Positions 29,130 through 41,697 are shown, counted from the first letter of the whole stretch. The stretch: 63,322 nt of DNA, filler included, from Octopus bimaculoides (GCF_001194135.2; 5 parts of 5 records of this genome joined end to end with filler, not necessarily neighbours in it); one strand, 5' to 3'. Numbers and translations are program-made. The notes: generated by a model from the letters alone, not told the origin.

Positions 29130-30214
29130 GACACACATACACAGACGCGCGCACACACACACAAACACATACACACACATACAAGGGAGCACCCAAAAGT
29201 AAGCGGGAACGTTTTCTGTGTGACAAGCCCGTTGTAGTTCAGGTTTGATGTGACACTTGATGCGACCACCAGGTATCGGTCTACTTACTGGCGTCGTACA
29301 TTGGAGTCGTTCTGCCATGTGGTGCCTCTTTGTTTTGCAGTGCTTCTGCCCTNNNNNNNNNNNNNNNNNNNNNNNNNNNNNNNNNNNNNNNNNNNNNNNN
29401 NNNNNNNNNNNNNNNNNNNNNNNNNNNNNNNNNNNNNNNNNNNNNNNNNNNNNNNNNNNNNNNNNNNNNNNNNNNNNNNNNNNNNNNNNNNNNNNNNNNN
29501 NNNNNNNNNNNNNNNNNNNNNNNNNNNNNNNNNNNNNNNNNNNNNNNNNNNNNNNNNNNNNNNNNNNNNNNNNNNNNNNNNNNNNNNNNNNNNNNNNNNN
29601 NNNNNNNNNNNNNNNNNNNNNNNNNNNNNNNNNNNNNNNNNNNNNNNNNNNNNNNNNNNNNNNNNNNNNNNNNNNNNNNNNNNNNNNNNNNNNNNNNNNN
29701 NNNNNNNNNNNNNNNNNNNNNNNNNNNNNNNNNNNNNNNNNNNNNNNNNNNNNNNNNNNNNNNNNNNNNNNNNNNNNNNNNNNNNNNNNNNNNNNNNNNN
29801 NNNNNNNNNNNNNNNNNNNNNNNNNNNNNNNNNNNNNNNNNNNNNNNNNNNNNNNNNNNNNNNNNNNNNNNNNNNNNNNNNNNNNNNNNNNNNNNNNNNN
29901 NNNNNNNNNNNNNNNNNNNNNNNNNNNNNNNNNNNNNNNNNNNNNNNNNNNNNNNNNNNNNNNNNNNNNNNNNNNNNNNNNNNNNNNNNNNNNNNNNNNN
30001 NNNNNNNNNNNNNNNNNNNNNNNNNNNNNNNNNNNNNNNNNNNNNNNNNNNNNNNNNNNNNNNNNNNNNNNNNNNNNNNNNNNNNNNNNNNNNNNNNNNN
30101 NNNNNNNNNNNNNNNNNNNNNNNNNNNNNNNNNNNNNNNNNNNNNNNNNNNNNNNNNNNNNNNNNNNNNNNGTGTGTGTGTATGTATGTATGTATATATA
30201 TATATATATATATG

Positions 30215-30249
<35 letters not shown>

Positions 30250-30277
30250 GTATATATATATATTTACATATATATAC

Positions 30278-30311
<34 letters not shown>

Positions 30312-31012
30312 ATATATATATACATACATACATATATACACATATATATGGGGAAAGGCAGGGAGAGAGAGAGACAGTGAGAGAGAAACAGACAGACAGA
30401 TGGGTGAATATATAGATAAATAGATACATAGATAGATAGATGGATAGATAAATATAACTGCATATATTCTGCCTATTTTCCATTTGACAAATTCATTAAT
30501 ATGATATTCAGTATAGTAGATTTCACTTCCTCGAGGTGTCGCGCTGAAGAATTGAACCTAATTTACATGATTGAGAAAGAAACGTCTTAATCACCGAAGC
30601 AAACCTGTGTAAAGAACAAGCAGAAATGGCTAGACACACGCATATATGCATCTGTGCACGTATCTGTTTTCATCGCATTCATAAGCATAAATGTATCTTT
30701 AAGTGTATATAAATGCTTAAGGTTTTGTATGCATAAGTGCATGTTTTATTTATTTGGTTATGGAGTTATCTATTTAATACGTATATTTTAGAAATTGTCA
30801 TAAATAGATAGTTGTTTACAGCTACAACTTGAAATGTAAGAAAAACGTATGTATGCACAGGGACACTCACGCATCCACCATCACCCCCAACACACACATA
30901 CAGAAACGTATCTATGTAGGTATGTATGTATGTATGCATATATGTATGTATGAGTGAATCAGTATCTGTGCATACCAAAATTTGAATTTTAGCATATATA
31001 TATATATATATA

Positions 31013-31112
31013 NNNNNNNNNNNNNNNNNNNNNNNNNNNNNNNNNNNNNNNNNNNNTTAATTAATTAANNNNNNNNNNNNNNNNNNNNNNNNNNNNNNNN
31101 NNNNNNNNNNNN
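31013..31112. other. Artificial 100-bp scaffolding spacer (N44-TTAATTAATTAA-N44); also at about 48.36, 58.74 and 60.76 kb
   Basis: An identical 12-mer with stops in all six frames is embedded in N runs at four places. Confidence 0.95.
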
Positions 31113-31557
31113 CCTCCTTGTTCCACCACCACGTTACTCTGGGTCGGGAGGGGACCTTACACCACCCACAAATCTGGTCGGTGTCTTTCAACAGGTTGTC
31201 CCGCAGAAATCTCCAATTGTCTTCCAGGTTGTATGATGCTATATCCCCTTCTATTTCGTTAAATGCTTCAAGTAACTTGTCTCTAAGTCTCTGTCCGTTT
31301 GCAGGGTCTTTAAGCTTCCACACCCTTCTCCTCCAAGCCTGTCTAATTCTGGGCACCCATTTTGCCTTGATCCCAAAGTCGCTAACTACTAATCTATGTT
31401 GTGGGGTACATTCTGCGCCTGGGTAGGTTTTGGCATTTATAACCTACCCAGGCAAAGAATGTACCCCACAACATAGATTAGTAGTTAGCGACTTTGGGAT
31501 CAAGGCAAAATGGGTGCCCAGAATTAGACAGGCTTGGAGGAGAAGGGTGTGGAAGCT
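31113..31557. mobile_element. RTE-clade LINE AP-endonuclease fragment with inverted duplication
   Basis: Minus strand KTYPGAECTPQHRLVVSD..RVWKLKD..VTWWWN is typical of RTE. The segment 31441-31557 is an inverted copy of 31313-31429. Confidence 0.85.
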
Positions 31558-31584
31558 ATGCCACTTGTGCCGGTGGCACGTGAA

Positions 31585-32545
31585 CAAAATATTCAAGCGA
31601 GGTCCAGTCCCTCCGAACGTCTCAAACACCACATGTTCAAAGAGATAATTCACTGTAAGGTCCTGATATTTCAAGATTTGTTCCTTTCAGCTACAGAAGT
31701 AGTGACCCTCTCATTAACTGCATCATCCAGGATGTTGGAGGGAGCAAAGAAGTCGCAGACTGTGGCATCCCAAATGAGGCACCTACATCTAACCCAGGGC
31801 CAGAGGGTAAGACCGATAACCCAACAGCTCCAGAACTGAGGGTATATTAGTCCGAGTCAGGGCCTGCTTAGTGATTAGGTTTAGCTCAGTGTGATGAGTG
31901 AAGTGACCAGCATTTAGGTGGCAAGACAGACCGTGAAGACCTGTGAGGCTGAGAGGTCTATCATAGCAACATCTCAGTCCCCTACAGACGTCAGCTCCCA
32001 CTCTGAGTGTGATGGAAATACGGAGTTCATCTAGACTGAGTAGGCCTCCAATGTTGGCCACAGGCAGGGCACCAATCCAGTCCCTTGAGAATTTTGCACT
32101 GGAGTAAAGTAGGTGACACCTTGAAAATTGATCAGATTGATCAAGAAGAGAGCTGAAAGTGGCACCTGAACACAGATTGTCTCTTACTCTTTGTTTCTGT
32201 CTATCCTCCACTGTAACTAGAACTGACAAACCCAGATCTCTCCACAGTGATAGAGCTTCATCCATCTCCCTATTGGAATTAGTCCATGTTGGAGAGGAAA
32301 GGCTGTTGCCTACCAAAGAGGAGCAAGCATGGATCAAGGAAAGAAAACAGGAAAGAGATGGGGACGAGCACTTATGCAGACCTGGATCCCCGAACCGTTT
32401 GGGCAAAGCAGCATCTTGGCCGCAGGAGTCTGGGGTGAGTTTGACATTGACCAAGCATTCGAGTTTCCTGAAGATTAGGTTGTCAAAGTATCGGAGGGAG
32501 GACAGGAATCTGTAGGAGGGATCAACTCTCAGAAAATACAATAGC
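31585..32545 (-). mobile_element. CRE-clade (restriction-like endonuclease) non-LTR retrotransposon fragment
   Basis: Minus-strand peptides WIGALPVANIGGLLSLDELRISITLRVGADVC..HGLSCHLNAGHFTHHTELN, then GLTLWPWVRCRCLIWDATVCD and KYQDL..FETFGGTG. These match the zinc-knuckle plus RLE C-terminus of CRE-type elements; the copy is frameshifted. Confidence 0.75.
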
Positions 32546-32611
32546 TTAGGAATGTATGTATGTGTGCACACGCACACACACACACACACACACACATGCA
32601 CACATCATACA

Positions 32612-32713
32612 CAACAGGCTTGTTTCAGTGTTCGTCTACCAAATTTACTCAAGACTTTGGTCGGCCTTGGGCTATAGTAGAAGATACCTGCCCAAGGTGC
32701 CACACAGTGGGAC
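32612..32713 (-). mobile_element. SINE family A, 5' body fragment
   Basis: CAGGCTTGTTTCAG..GCTATAGTAGAAGATACCTGCCCAAGGTGCCAC. Confidence 0.8.
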
Positions 32714-32760
32714 TATTGTGAAGTGAATTTCTTAACCACACACCTATGTCTGCACCTGCA

Positions 32761-32812
<52 letters not shown>

Positions 32813-33156
32813 GTNNNNNNNNNNNNNNNNNNNNNNNNNNNNNNNNNNNNNNNNNNNNNNNNNNNNNNNNNNNNNNNNNNNNNNNNNNNNNNNNNNNNNN
32901 NNNNNNNNNNNNNNNNNNNNNNNNNNNNNNNNNNNNNNNNNNNNNNNNNNNNNNNNNNNNNNNNNNNNNNNNNNNNNNNNNNNNNNNNNNNNNNNNNNNN
33001 NNNNNNNNNNNNNNNNNNNNNNNNNNNNNNNNNNNNNNNTAAAAATGTAATGCTTATATATGCAAAAACACCCACAGACAGGTATAAACCAATAGGGAAA
33101 ACAAGAACACCGTAAAATGTTTTATCTGCAGCACAGAGCACTGTAGCGGTAATAAT

Positions 33157-33234
33157 AATAATATTTTATTAAGAATAAATAATAATATTTTATTAAGAAT
33201 AAATAATAATATTTTATTAAGAATAAATAATAAT
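33157..33234. repeat. Perfect 24-bp tandem repeat, 3.2 copies
   Basis: AATAATATTTTATTAAGAATAAAT at 33157, 33181 and 33205. Confidence 0.95.
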
Positions 33235-33414
33235 CATTATTGATTAATTAAATGTTTCTATTAATACTGAAAGGGAAAAAAATATATTTAAAACGGTTAA
33301 GTCATTTCCAGCGACTTGGTACGAAAATATAAAACTTATATTTCGTTTACTTTTCTGTTTTTTACGAAATTTATTTCGTTTTTGGTCTTCCGTATAAAAG
33401 TTTGAGCTGTGACA

Positions 33415-33530
33415 ATGTGAGTGAAGGTACGAGTGCGTGAGTATGTGTACATGAGTGAATCAACGAGTGTGTGAGTGAAGGTATGAGTGAATCAACGAGT
33501 GTGTGAGTGAAGGTATGAGTGAGTGTGTTT
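33415..33530. repeat. 32-bp tandem repeat, 2-3 copies
   Basis: ATGAGTGAATCAACGAGTGTGTGAGTGAAGGT units. Confidence 0.85.
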
Positions 33531-33944
33531 GTAGTGGAAGTTTGTATTGTTAGTTGGAGGGTGACAAGTAACGTCAACACTTCGTTGCTGTTGCTCTGAA
33601 ACTTTTGAGAACCGCGCACGAAGGAGCGCAATGAATTTAACTTAACTTTACTTAATTTAACGTCACTAAATTTAGTTGATATTTCCCCTCCACACAACTT
33701 TGGCACGGCAGCCATAACTTTTATACAACATATATATATGTATATATATATATATAAATACAATATCCGAGGTTTAAAAAAGTTTACTCTGATATCTACC
33801 TTTATATATTACATATTTACCAAGGGAAATATTACATATTATCAACTAGTGTAGATATCTCGTATATAATACATATATACACACACACACGTAAATCTCT
33901 CTCTTTCTCTCATATATATATATTTATACATACACGCACTGAGT

Positions 33945-33960
33945 GAACTAACTTCCGAAA
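33945..33960 (+). promoter_or_regulatory. ETS-like motif (ACTTCCG) just upstream of the CHPF ATG
   Basis: ACTTCCG at 33951-33957, about 60 bp upstream of the start codon. Motif match only. Confidence 0.25.
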
Positions 33961-34015
33961 AAAAAAATAATAATAATTGACTAACAAACAGAATTTCGGA
34001 ATTCAACACAGCGAG

Positions 34016-34819
34016 ATGGTGATAAGGAAGTGCCGTTTATGTTGGCGACCTGTAACTCCATGTATCATCGGCCTTTGCCTTGGAATTACTTTCAGTCTAA
34101 TCTATGTGCCTTTCATCAGTGATCAGCGATGTTCTGTTAAAACCGACGAAGAAAAACAACTGGAACTGATCAAACTACGTGAAACGAAGTCTTTACATGT
34201 CCAAGAACGGTTCGCGGGACCCCCACCGCAAGCTGCGGTGCCGGACTCGTCGCAGAAGCGAACTCAGCAAGATAACAATGCAGACAACATCAACAAGAAG
34301 AATGAACCGAGGTTAAAACTGCAAGGCCAAGGCAATGGCCACGAATCCATCCCGGTCGGGCCTCCTGCGTCAGGAATTAAATTCCATAAGATGGCCAGAC
34401 CTCGTTACATATCCACCGAACTGGGCATCCGTGAGAAGCTATTCGTGGCTGTGATCACTTCACCTGAGAGTTTGGATACACTGGCAGTGGCCTTTAATAA
34501 AAGTGTTGCTCACCATGTTACCAAATTGGTGTTCTTCACCAACAAGAAAAGCATGAACTACGCATGGAGCGGCATGACGGTGATCGGCTTTTCTCAGGCC
34601 AGCTCCGAACACATCATACCCTTGCTTATTCTCAAATACTTGGGAGATCACTACTCTAATACATTCGATTATTACATGTTCGTCTCGGACAAAACCTACG
34701 TTCGTGGTGAGAAAGTGTTCGACTTGGTCAGTGATATCAGTGTCAGCGAAGACGTCTACATGGGAGCTGTCCAAAAAGATGGGAAATGTACTTTAGATGG
34801 AGGAGTAATTATATCACAA
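34016..34819 (+). CDS. CHPF: Chondroitin polymerizing factor (CHPF/CHPF2 family), first coding exon (268 codons, phase-0 donor)
   Basis: ATG at 34016 is followed by an N-terminal type II membrane anchor (RPVTPCIIGLCLGITFSLIYVPF). The motif RPRYISTELGIREKLFVAV and FDYYMFVSDKTYV match the CHPF family. The reading frame ends at CAA|GTAAGT (intron from 34820). Later exons are not seen in the window. Confidence 0.9.
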
Positions 34820-37199
34820 GTAAGTCCAACCCTTTCATAAATATTTGAGTCCATTTCAGGTTTATTTCAGTTTTGTATCTCGTCCGTCAGCTGAGAGTTG
34901 GGTTAGAACTTCGTTTCGATTTTTACCATTTTTACAATTATTATTATTATTTCTTCTTTTCGGACAAAACCTTTTGTAAACTTCGTCTTGTCTTTGTCTT
35001 TACATGTTTTTGATTTATATTAGCCCTTGTGGCCAATAAAAGCAGAATTAATTATTATAATTATTATATTTCTTCGTTTTTCAATTTTGTTTGTATTTTT
35101 TGCTGTCTTCAGGATATTCCACAGGCCATTACAATAAACACACCAGATTATTCAATTACAAAATCAAATGAAGTTATGTAGAATGAGAAAAGTAAAAGAA
35201 AAGCAATTTGGAGTCGGGGAAACGAGTGGTGTCGGCCGAACAGTTTATCATTCTTGTAGTCTTCTTTGCTTTCTCTGTTGAAAAATCTTGATGAGGTTGG
35301 CTTTGGCAAAAGATGCTATATGTGTATATTTTTTGAAAATCATTTTGCATGTTTGTTGTATATTCTTTGAAGTTTATGGTTTTAATCAAGAGAATTCTAA
35401 CTTTACACAAGACTTTCGGCTTTCGGGAATTGATATAAAAGGTTGCAGTCAAGTACTGAGATGTGATGACACTTTGTAATGTAAGAAACGTTTTCATTAT
35501 AATCTGAGACACATAACTTAGAATTGGCGTGGCTTTATTTTACATTTCCGAATTCAATTCTCAGCCGGAAGTGTGGTCTAAAATTAGTGCTTATAAGCTT
35601 TTGGGGCTGTGTCAGAAATCGTTGTTATCTATGTAGTTAATGTTGAGTTCAACTCTGATCAAGCAGATCCATGACCAAAGCGTTCCAGTTATGACCATCC
35701 CATCTGTATCTAGAACTACATAATGTATTTATATTTGGTAAGACATAGCTTGTATGCACAGAATGTGAGGAAACCTGCTGCATTGAGGTCTGTAACTATA
35801 ATTCAGAGAGCAAACGTTGTCCCACATACTATATCACGTTGGTTCTGTCAAAAAGATTACGTCGACACAAGTGTTTGTGGAATATTTAACTACTTAACAC
35901 AATATTTCTATAAGTAGACAGTTCGGTTGATGCAACAACTGCAATACCCATCATCGAGACCGACGGAGATCCATTTACAGAGTGTTGATGTTTGACTTAA
36001 TGGAAAAAAATTACGACTTCCCATCAAGTCTGAAAACATGGAACCAGCCAACGAGGTCATTCGCCCTATTAGAACTCTACTGTCAAATTTGCCTCATATC
36101 ACATCCGACTGACTGTCTTAGACAAGAACGTAGTCCTTGATATACTATGCCCAGGATAGTTTACGATTGGAACTCCATGTTTTAATCGATCAGATTTGAG
36201 TTCGAACATCTATCTGTATACTCATCAGTTCATCCATCCATCTGTTTATCTGCTCACCTCTCTCTCTCTCTCTCTCTCTCTCNNNNNNNNNNNNNNNNNN
36301 NNNNNNNNNNNNNNNNNNNNNNNNNNNNNNNNNNNNNNNNNNNNNNNNNNNNNNNNNNNNNNNNNNNNNNNNNNNNNNNNNNNNNNNNNNNNNNNNNNNN
36401 NNNNNNNNNNNNNNNNNNNNNNNNNNNNNNNNNNNNNNNNNNNNNNNNNNNNNNNNNNNATATATATATATATATATATATAATCATAAATATATAGGGA
36501 TTGACAGTAACCTGCTTCTCCAACATACTGAGAATTCAGAAATAGCAGTCAAAGAACTACTGATTTCAAAACTACAAATTATTACTCCAGATTGATAGCG
36601 ATATTTTTGATACACACAGAACAAAAAAACAGTAGAGAATATATATTAAACCATCTATCTATCTATCTATCAGTCTGCCTGTCTATTTCTCTGACTATCT
36701 GTCTGTTTGTCTAGCTTTCCATGTGTCTATCTATCTATCTATCTATCCATCTATCAGTCTATCTATCCATCCATCCAGCTGTCTACCTACTATGTATCCA
36801 GCCCCTCTATCCATTTGTCTGTCTGTGTTCTCTCTCTCTCGCTCTCTCTTTGATCAGCCTTGTGAAAATTCTGCTCTCAAATCCCCTAAACTTAGAATAA
36901 ATGATGACCTAAAAAAAAAATACGATTAAAATATTGAAAATTCCAAAAATATTATTCAATGAAGGAATTTAGCACAATTTGAAATTGCTGTGTCTAAATA
37001 TGATTTAATTACATTTAAAGTATAGCAGAACTCAAAAACAATAACAACATGATTCACCTCCCACTATTCCCTCAGTTTCCACAATTAAGGATACAGCAAT
37101 AATTATTTATAATTATATAAAATTTAATGATTATTGTTAGGAAATTCTTTAAAAAAGCTAATTCTTTATCTGTAATTATTTTCAGAATGTTTATAAAAA

Positions 37200-37411
37200 C
37201 TTTTTTTTTTACTTGTTTCAGTCATTAAGATTGCGGCCATGCTAGGGCATCGCCTTTAGTTGAGTAAATCGACCCCAGGACTTATTCTTTGGAAGCCTAG
37301 TACTTATTCTATCGGTCTGTTTTGCCGAACCGCTAAGTTACGGGGACGTAAACACACCACCATTGGTTGTCAAGCGATTGTGGGGGGACAAACACAGACA
37401 CACAAACATAT

Positions 37412-37452
<41 letters not shown>

Positions 37453-37625
37453 NNNNNNNNNNCGACAGGCTTCTTTCAGTTTCCGTCTACCAAATCCACT
37501 CACAAGGCTTTGGTCGGCCTGAGGCTATAGTAGAAGACACTTGCCCAAGGTGCCACGCAGTGGGACTGAACCCAGAACCATGTGGTTGATAAGCAAGCTA
37601 CTTACCACACAGCCACTGCTGCGCC
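37200..37625 (-). mobile_element. SINE family A, full length
   Basis: Same head, body and tail, with an internal (TA)n and a small gap. Confidence 0.9.
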
Positions 37626-37634
37626 TATGTTTGT

Positions 37635-37850
37635 ATTTTCTTATTTTTTTACTTGTTTCAGTCATTTGACTGTGGCCATGCTGGAGCACTGCCTTTAGTT
37701 GAACAAATCGACCGCTGGACTTATTCTTATTAAGCCTAGTACTTATTCTATTGGACACTTGCTGAACCACTAAGTTACGGGTACATAAACACACCAACAT
37801 TGGTTGTCAAGCAATGGTGGAGGAACAAACACAGACACAAATATATGCAT
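37635..37850 (-). mobile_element. SINE family A, 3' half
   Basis: Tail and 3' body only; stops at the internal microsatellite. Confidence 0.85.
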
Positions 37851-37964
37851 GCATACGATGATGATGATGAGGATATATATCATCATCATCATCATCATCA
37901 TCCATGTTCCACATGTATGCATTATGTATACATACACTATATACACATATATATGTGTATATAT

Positions 37965-38715
37965 GGAATGGTTTCTACAGCTGGATGCCCTTCCTAACAC
38001 CAACCACTTTGTGGGTATAATGGGTGCTTTTACGTGCCACCGGCACAGGTGCCAGTTTGTGTGACTCCAGTATCTGCCTCAACTGTGAGTCTGCTTGGCT
38101 TGATGAGTCTTCTTCTCAAGCATGACATAATGCCAAAGGTCTCGGTCATTGCCTCCATAAGGCTCAACGCTCGAAAGGAACTCAGCCACTTTGCCTCCGT
38201 GAGGCCCAATGCTCGAAAAGGTGCCCTCTTTGTGCCACTGGCATAGATGCCAGTTACGTGACACCAGCATCAGCCATGACTACATTTTCCCTTGGCTTGA
38301 TGGGTCTCCTCAAGCCCAGCATATCACCAAAGGTCTCGGTCACTAATCATTGCCTCTGTGAGGCTTAAAGTTCAAAGATCATGCTTTACCACTTTGTCCC
38401 ATATCTTCTTGGGTCCACCTCTACCACAGGTTCCCTCCACGGTTAGAGATCAGCACTTCTTTACACAGCTGCTTTCATCTATATGCATTATATGACCATA
38501 CCACCACAGTCATCTCTCTTGCACACCACATCTGATGCCTCTTATGCCCAACTTTTCTCTGAAGATGCTTTCACTCTGTCAAACATGCACACTGACATTG
38601 CACATCCAGCGGAGCATACTGACTTCATTGCTTTCAAGCTTATGCATGTCCTCAGCTGTCACAGCCCATACTTCACTGCCATGTAGCATAGCTGTTCACA
38701 CACAGCCATCATACA
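37965..38715 (-). mobile_element. RTE LINE 3' fragment (RT C-terminus and 3' UTR), degenerate
   Basis: AMLHGSEVWAV..EVSMLRWMC..REKLGIRGIRCGVQER.LWWYGH..GRGGPKKIW, followed by the UTR motif GTGCCGGTGGCACGTAAAAGCACC. Confidence 0.85.
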
Positions 38716-38719
38716 ATAT

Positions 38720-39845
38720 ATCATCATCATCATCATCATCATCGTTTAACGTCCGCTTTCCATGCTAGCATGGGTTGGACGATTTGACTGAGGACTGGTG
38801 AAACCGGATGGCAACACCAGGCTCCAGTCTGATTTGGCAGAGTTTCTACAGCTGGATGCCCTTCCTAACGCCAACCACTCAGAGAGTGTAGTGGGTGCTT
38901 TTACGTGTCNNNNNNNNNNNNNNNNNNNNNNNNNNNNNNNNNNNNNNNNNNNNNNNNNNNNNNNNNNNNNNNNNNNNNNNNNNNNNNNNNNNNNNNNNNN
39001 NNNNNNNNNNNNNNNNNNNNNNNNNNNNNNNNNNNNNNNNNNNNNNNNNNNNNNNNNNNNNNNNNNNNNNNNNNNNNNNNNNNNNNNNNNNNNNNNNNNN
39101 NNNNNNNNNNNNNNNNNNNNNNNNNNNNNNNNNNNNNNNNNNNNNNNNNNNNNNNNNNNNNNNNNNNNNNNNNNNNNNNNNNNNNNNNNNNNNNNNNNNN
39201 NNNNNNNNNNNNNNNNNNNNNNNNNNNNNNNNNNNNNNNNNNNNNNNNNNNNNNNNNNNNNNNNNNNNNNNNNNNNNNNNNNNNNNNNNNNNNNNNNNNN
39301 NNNNNNNNNNNNNNNNNNNNNNNNNNNNNNNNNNNNNNNNNNNNNNNNNNNNNNNNNNNNNNNNNNNNNNNNNNNNNNNNNNNNNNNNNNNNNNNNNNNN
39401 NNNNNNNNNNNNNNNNNNNNNNNNNNNNNNNNNNNNNNNNNNNNNNNNNNNNNNNNNNNNNNNNNNNNNNNNNNNNNNNNNNNNNNNNNNNNNNNNNNNN
39501 NAGCTACACTTTCAGCGCACCCACCCCCACTACTAACTTGGTCGCCCAGATAGCGGAAGCTATCGACTACCTCTAGTTTTTCACCCTGGAATGAGATAGA
39601 AGTTGTTTCCTGTTTGTTTGCAGTCTTTATTGCACCTGAACATCTGCCACAAACAAAAACTAACTTGCTAGTTAACCTGCCTTTGATGTTGCTGCACCTC
39701 TTATGTGTCCATAGCTTGCACCGGGTACATCTTATAGAGTTACTACCTACTCCTTTTCTACATACTGAGCAGGGCCATCTACCTGAAGGGGTTTGTGTTT
39801 TATCTACCTTCCTACTTATTAGGATTTTGGTTTTAGCTAGGTTTT
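38720..39845 (-). mobile_element. 5'-truncated RTE LINE with (GAT)n tail, interrupted by a gap
   Basis: KTKILIS..WPCSVCRKGVGSNSIRCTRCKLWTHKRCS..LEVVDSFRYLGD, then the 3' UTR and a (CAT)n tail at 38720-38745. Confidence 0.9.
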
Positions 39846-39961
39846 TGGTTTTAGCTATATATATACATATGTATGTATGTATTGTGTGTGTGTGTTTGTA
39901 TGTATATGTATATATATATAATATATACATATATATGTGTGTATATATATATATATGTGTG

Positions 39962-39994
<33 letters not shown>

Positions 39995-40029
39995 ACATAT
40001 ACATAGACATATATATCTATATGTTGCAT

Positions 40030-40243
40030 TTGCCAGTACCACCCGACTGGCTCCCTGTGCCGGTGGCACATAAAAAGCACCCACTACACTCTCAGAGTGG
40101 TTGGCATTAGGAAGGGCATCCAGCTGTAGAAACTCTGCCAGATCAGATTGGAATCTGGTACAGCCATCAGGTTCGCCAGTCCTCAGTCAAATCGTCCAAC
40201 CCATGCTAGCATGGAAAGCGGACGTTAAATGATGATGATGATG
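40030..40243 (+). mobile_element. RTE 3' UTR-only copy with (GAT)n tail
   Basis: Closely matches the UTR of the 38720-38909 copy in the opposite orientation. Confidence 0.85.
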
Positions 40244-41010
40244 TGTGTTTATTTGGCAAAAAAAAAAAAAACGAAAATGACCATCTTGAAATACAACAAT
40301 ATATATCTCTATATACTATATACACACACACACACACACACACACTTGTATATATATGTGTGTGTGTGACAGAGAGAGAGCGAGAGGAGGCGAGAAATTT
40401 GTTATGGGGTTGAAAAGGCACCTGGATCTTAAAATGGATTGTAGTTTGATTTTCTTTGTTTCGAATTATTTTTCATCATCATTTAACATCTGCTTTTCAT
40501 GCAGACATATTCAAATGCCATATTGCTTTCAACATTTTTTTTGTTTTGTTTTGCAATAATAAATAATTAAATAAATAGAGAAATAAATTTTAAAAAAAAG
40601 ATGGACAAAAGCTTAAATGAAAGAGAAAGCACAGGAAAAATAATTCCAATAAAACATGTTCAAGATATGTCAAGCATTCAAATGCTCTACAAATTACGGC
40701 AATAATGCATGAAAGGAATTTGAAAACTCAATGAGTTTTGATGCAATAAACTACGTTAACAATTAGATCTGATGAAGATTCTATAGAATATATAAAAGTT
40801 TTTTACAAGTTCTGTCATGTTCTTAATTGGCTTGCTGTGTTGAAATCTCTCCATTTTTCCTGTCACGGTTGGCTGAACATTTATTAGCATTTAGTGTTTG
40901 TATCCTGTTGTGTCTTGGGTCGATCATTACCCCAGTAATAAGAATAGTACACTCACTGGTTCAATATCACTTCTTTGTTAGTAATTTGTTTAAATATCTG
41001 TCCAGCTAAC

Positions 41011-41218
41011 TAACCGATTGTTTGTTTAATGTGCTGATTAAGCAATCAATTGGTTGTTCGTTAGTCAAAGTCTTTTCATCATTATTCACAACTTTTCCGA
41101 TGACTTGCTCTATCCCTTAGATCACTGAAAGGACCGCGAATAGCAACAAACAAACTTTGACTAACAAGCAACTGGTTGATTGCTTAACTACTAGCACATT
41201 AATCAAATGATTTGATTA
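41011..41218. repeat. Diverged inverted repeat, ~62-bp arms
   Basis: TTAATGTGCT..AAGCAATCAA..GTTAGTCAAAGT versus its reverse complement. Confidence 0.65.
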
Positions 41219-41260
41219 TTGTGATGTGACATAACCATAGTACAACCAGGTATGTGACAT

Positions 41261-41641
41261 GTCGGCACTCCGTCGCTTGCGACATCGAGGATTCCAGTTA
41301 ATCCGATCAATGGAACAGCCTGCTGGTGAAATTAACGTGCAAGTGGCTGAGCACTCCACAGAACCTGTGTACCCTTAACATAGTTCTCGGGGATATTCAG
41401 CGTGACACAGTGTGACAAGGCTGACCCTTTGAATTACAGGCACAACAGAAACAGGGAGTAAGAGTGAGAGAAAGTTGTGGTGAAAGAGTACAGCAGGGTT
41501 CGCCACCATCCCCTGCCGGAGCCTCGTGAAGCTTTAGGTGTTTTCACTCAATAAACACTCACAACGCCTGGTCTGGGAATCGAAACCGTGATCCTATGAC
41601 TGTGAGTCCGCTACCCTAACCACTGGGCCATTGCGCCTCCA
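41261..41641 (-). mobile_element. tRNA-derived SINE family C, full length, 14-bp TSD
   Basis: Head TGGAGGCGCAATGGCCCAGTGGTTAGGG..GGTTTCGATTCCC. CAGGTATGTGACAT is duplicated at 41247-41260 and 41642-41655. Confidence 0.85.
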
Positions 41642-41697
41642 CAGGTATGTGACATAACCATAGTACAACATCCATATTCTGTAATATGTTACACAAC

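Noticed and set aside
31057-31068. Palindromic TTAATTAATTAA repeated four times between N runs
   Set aside because: Assembly linker with stops in all frames; not biological.
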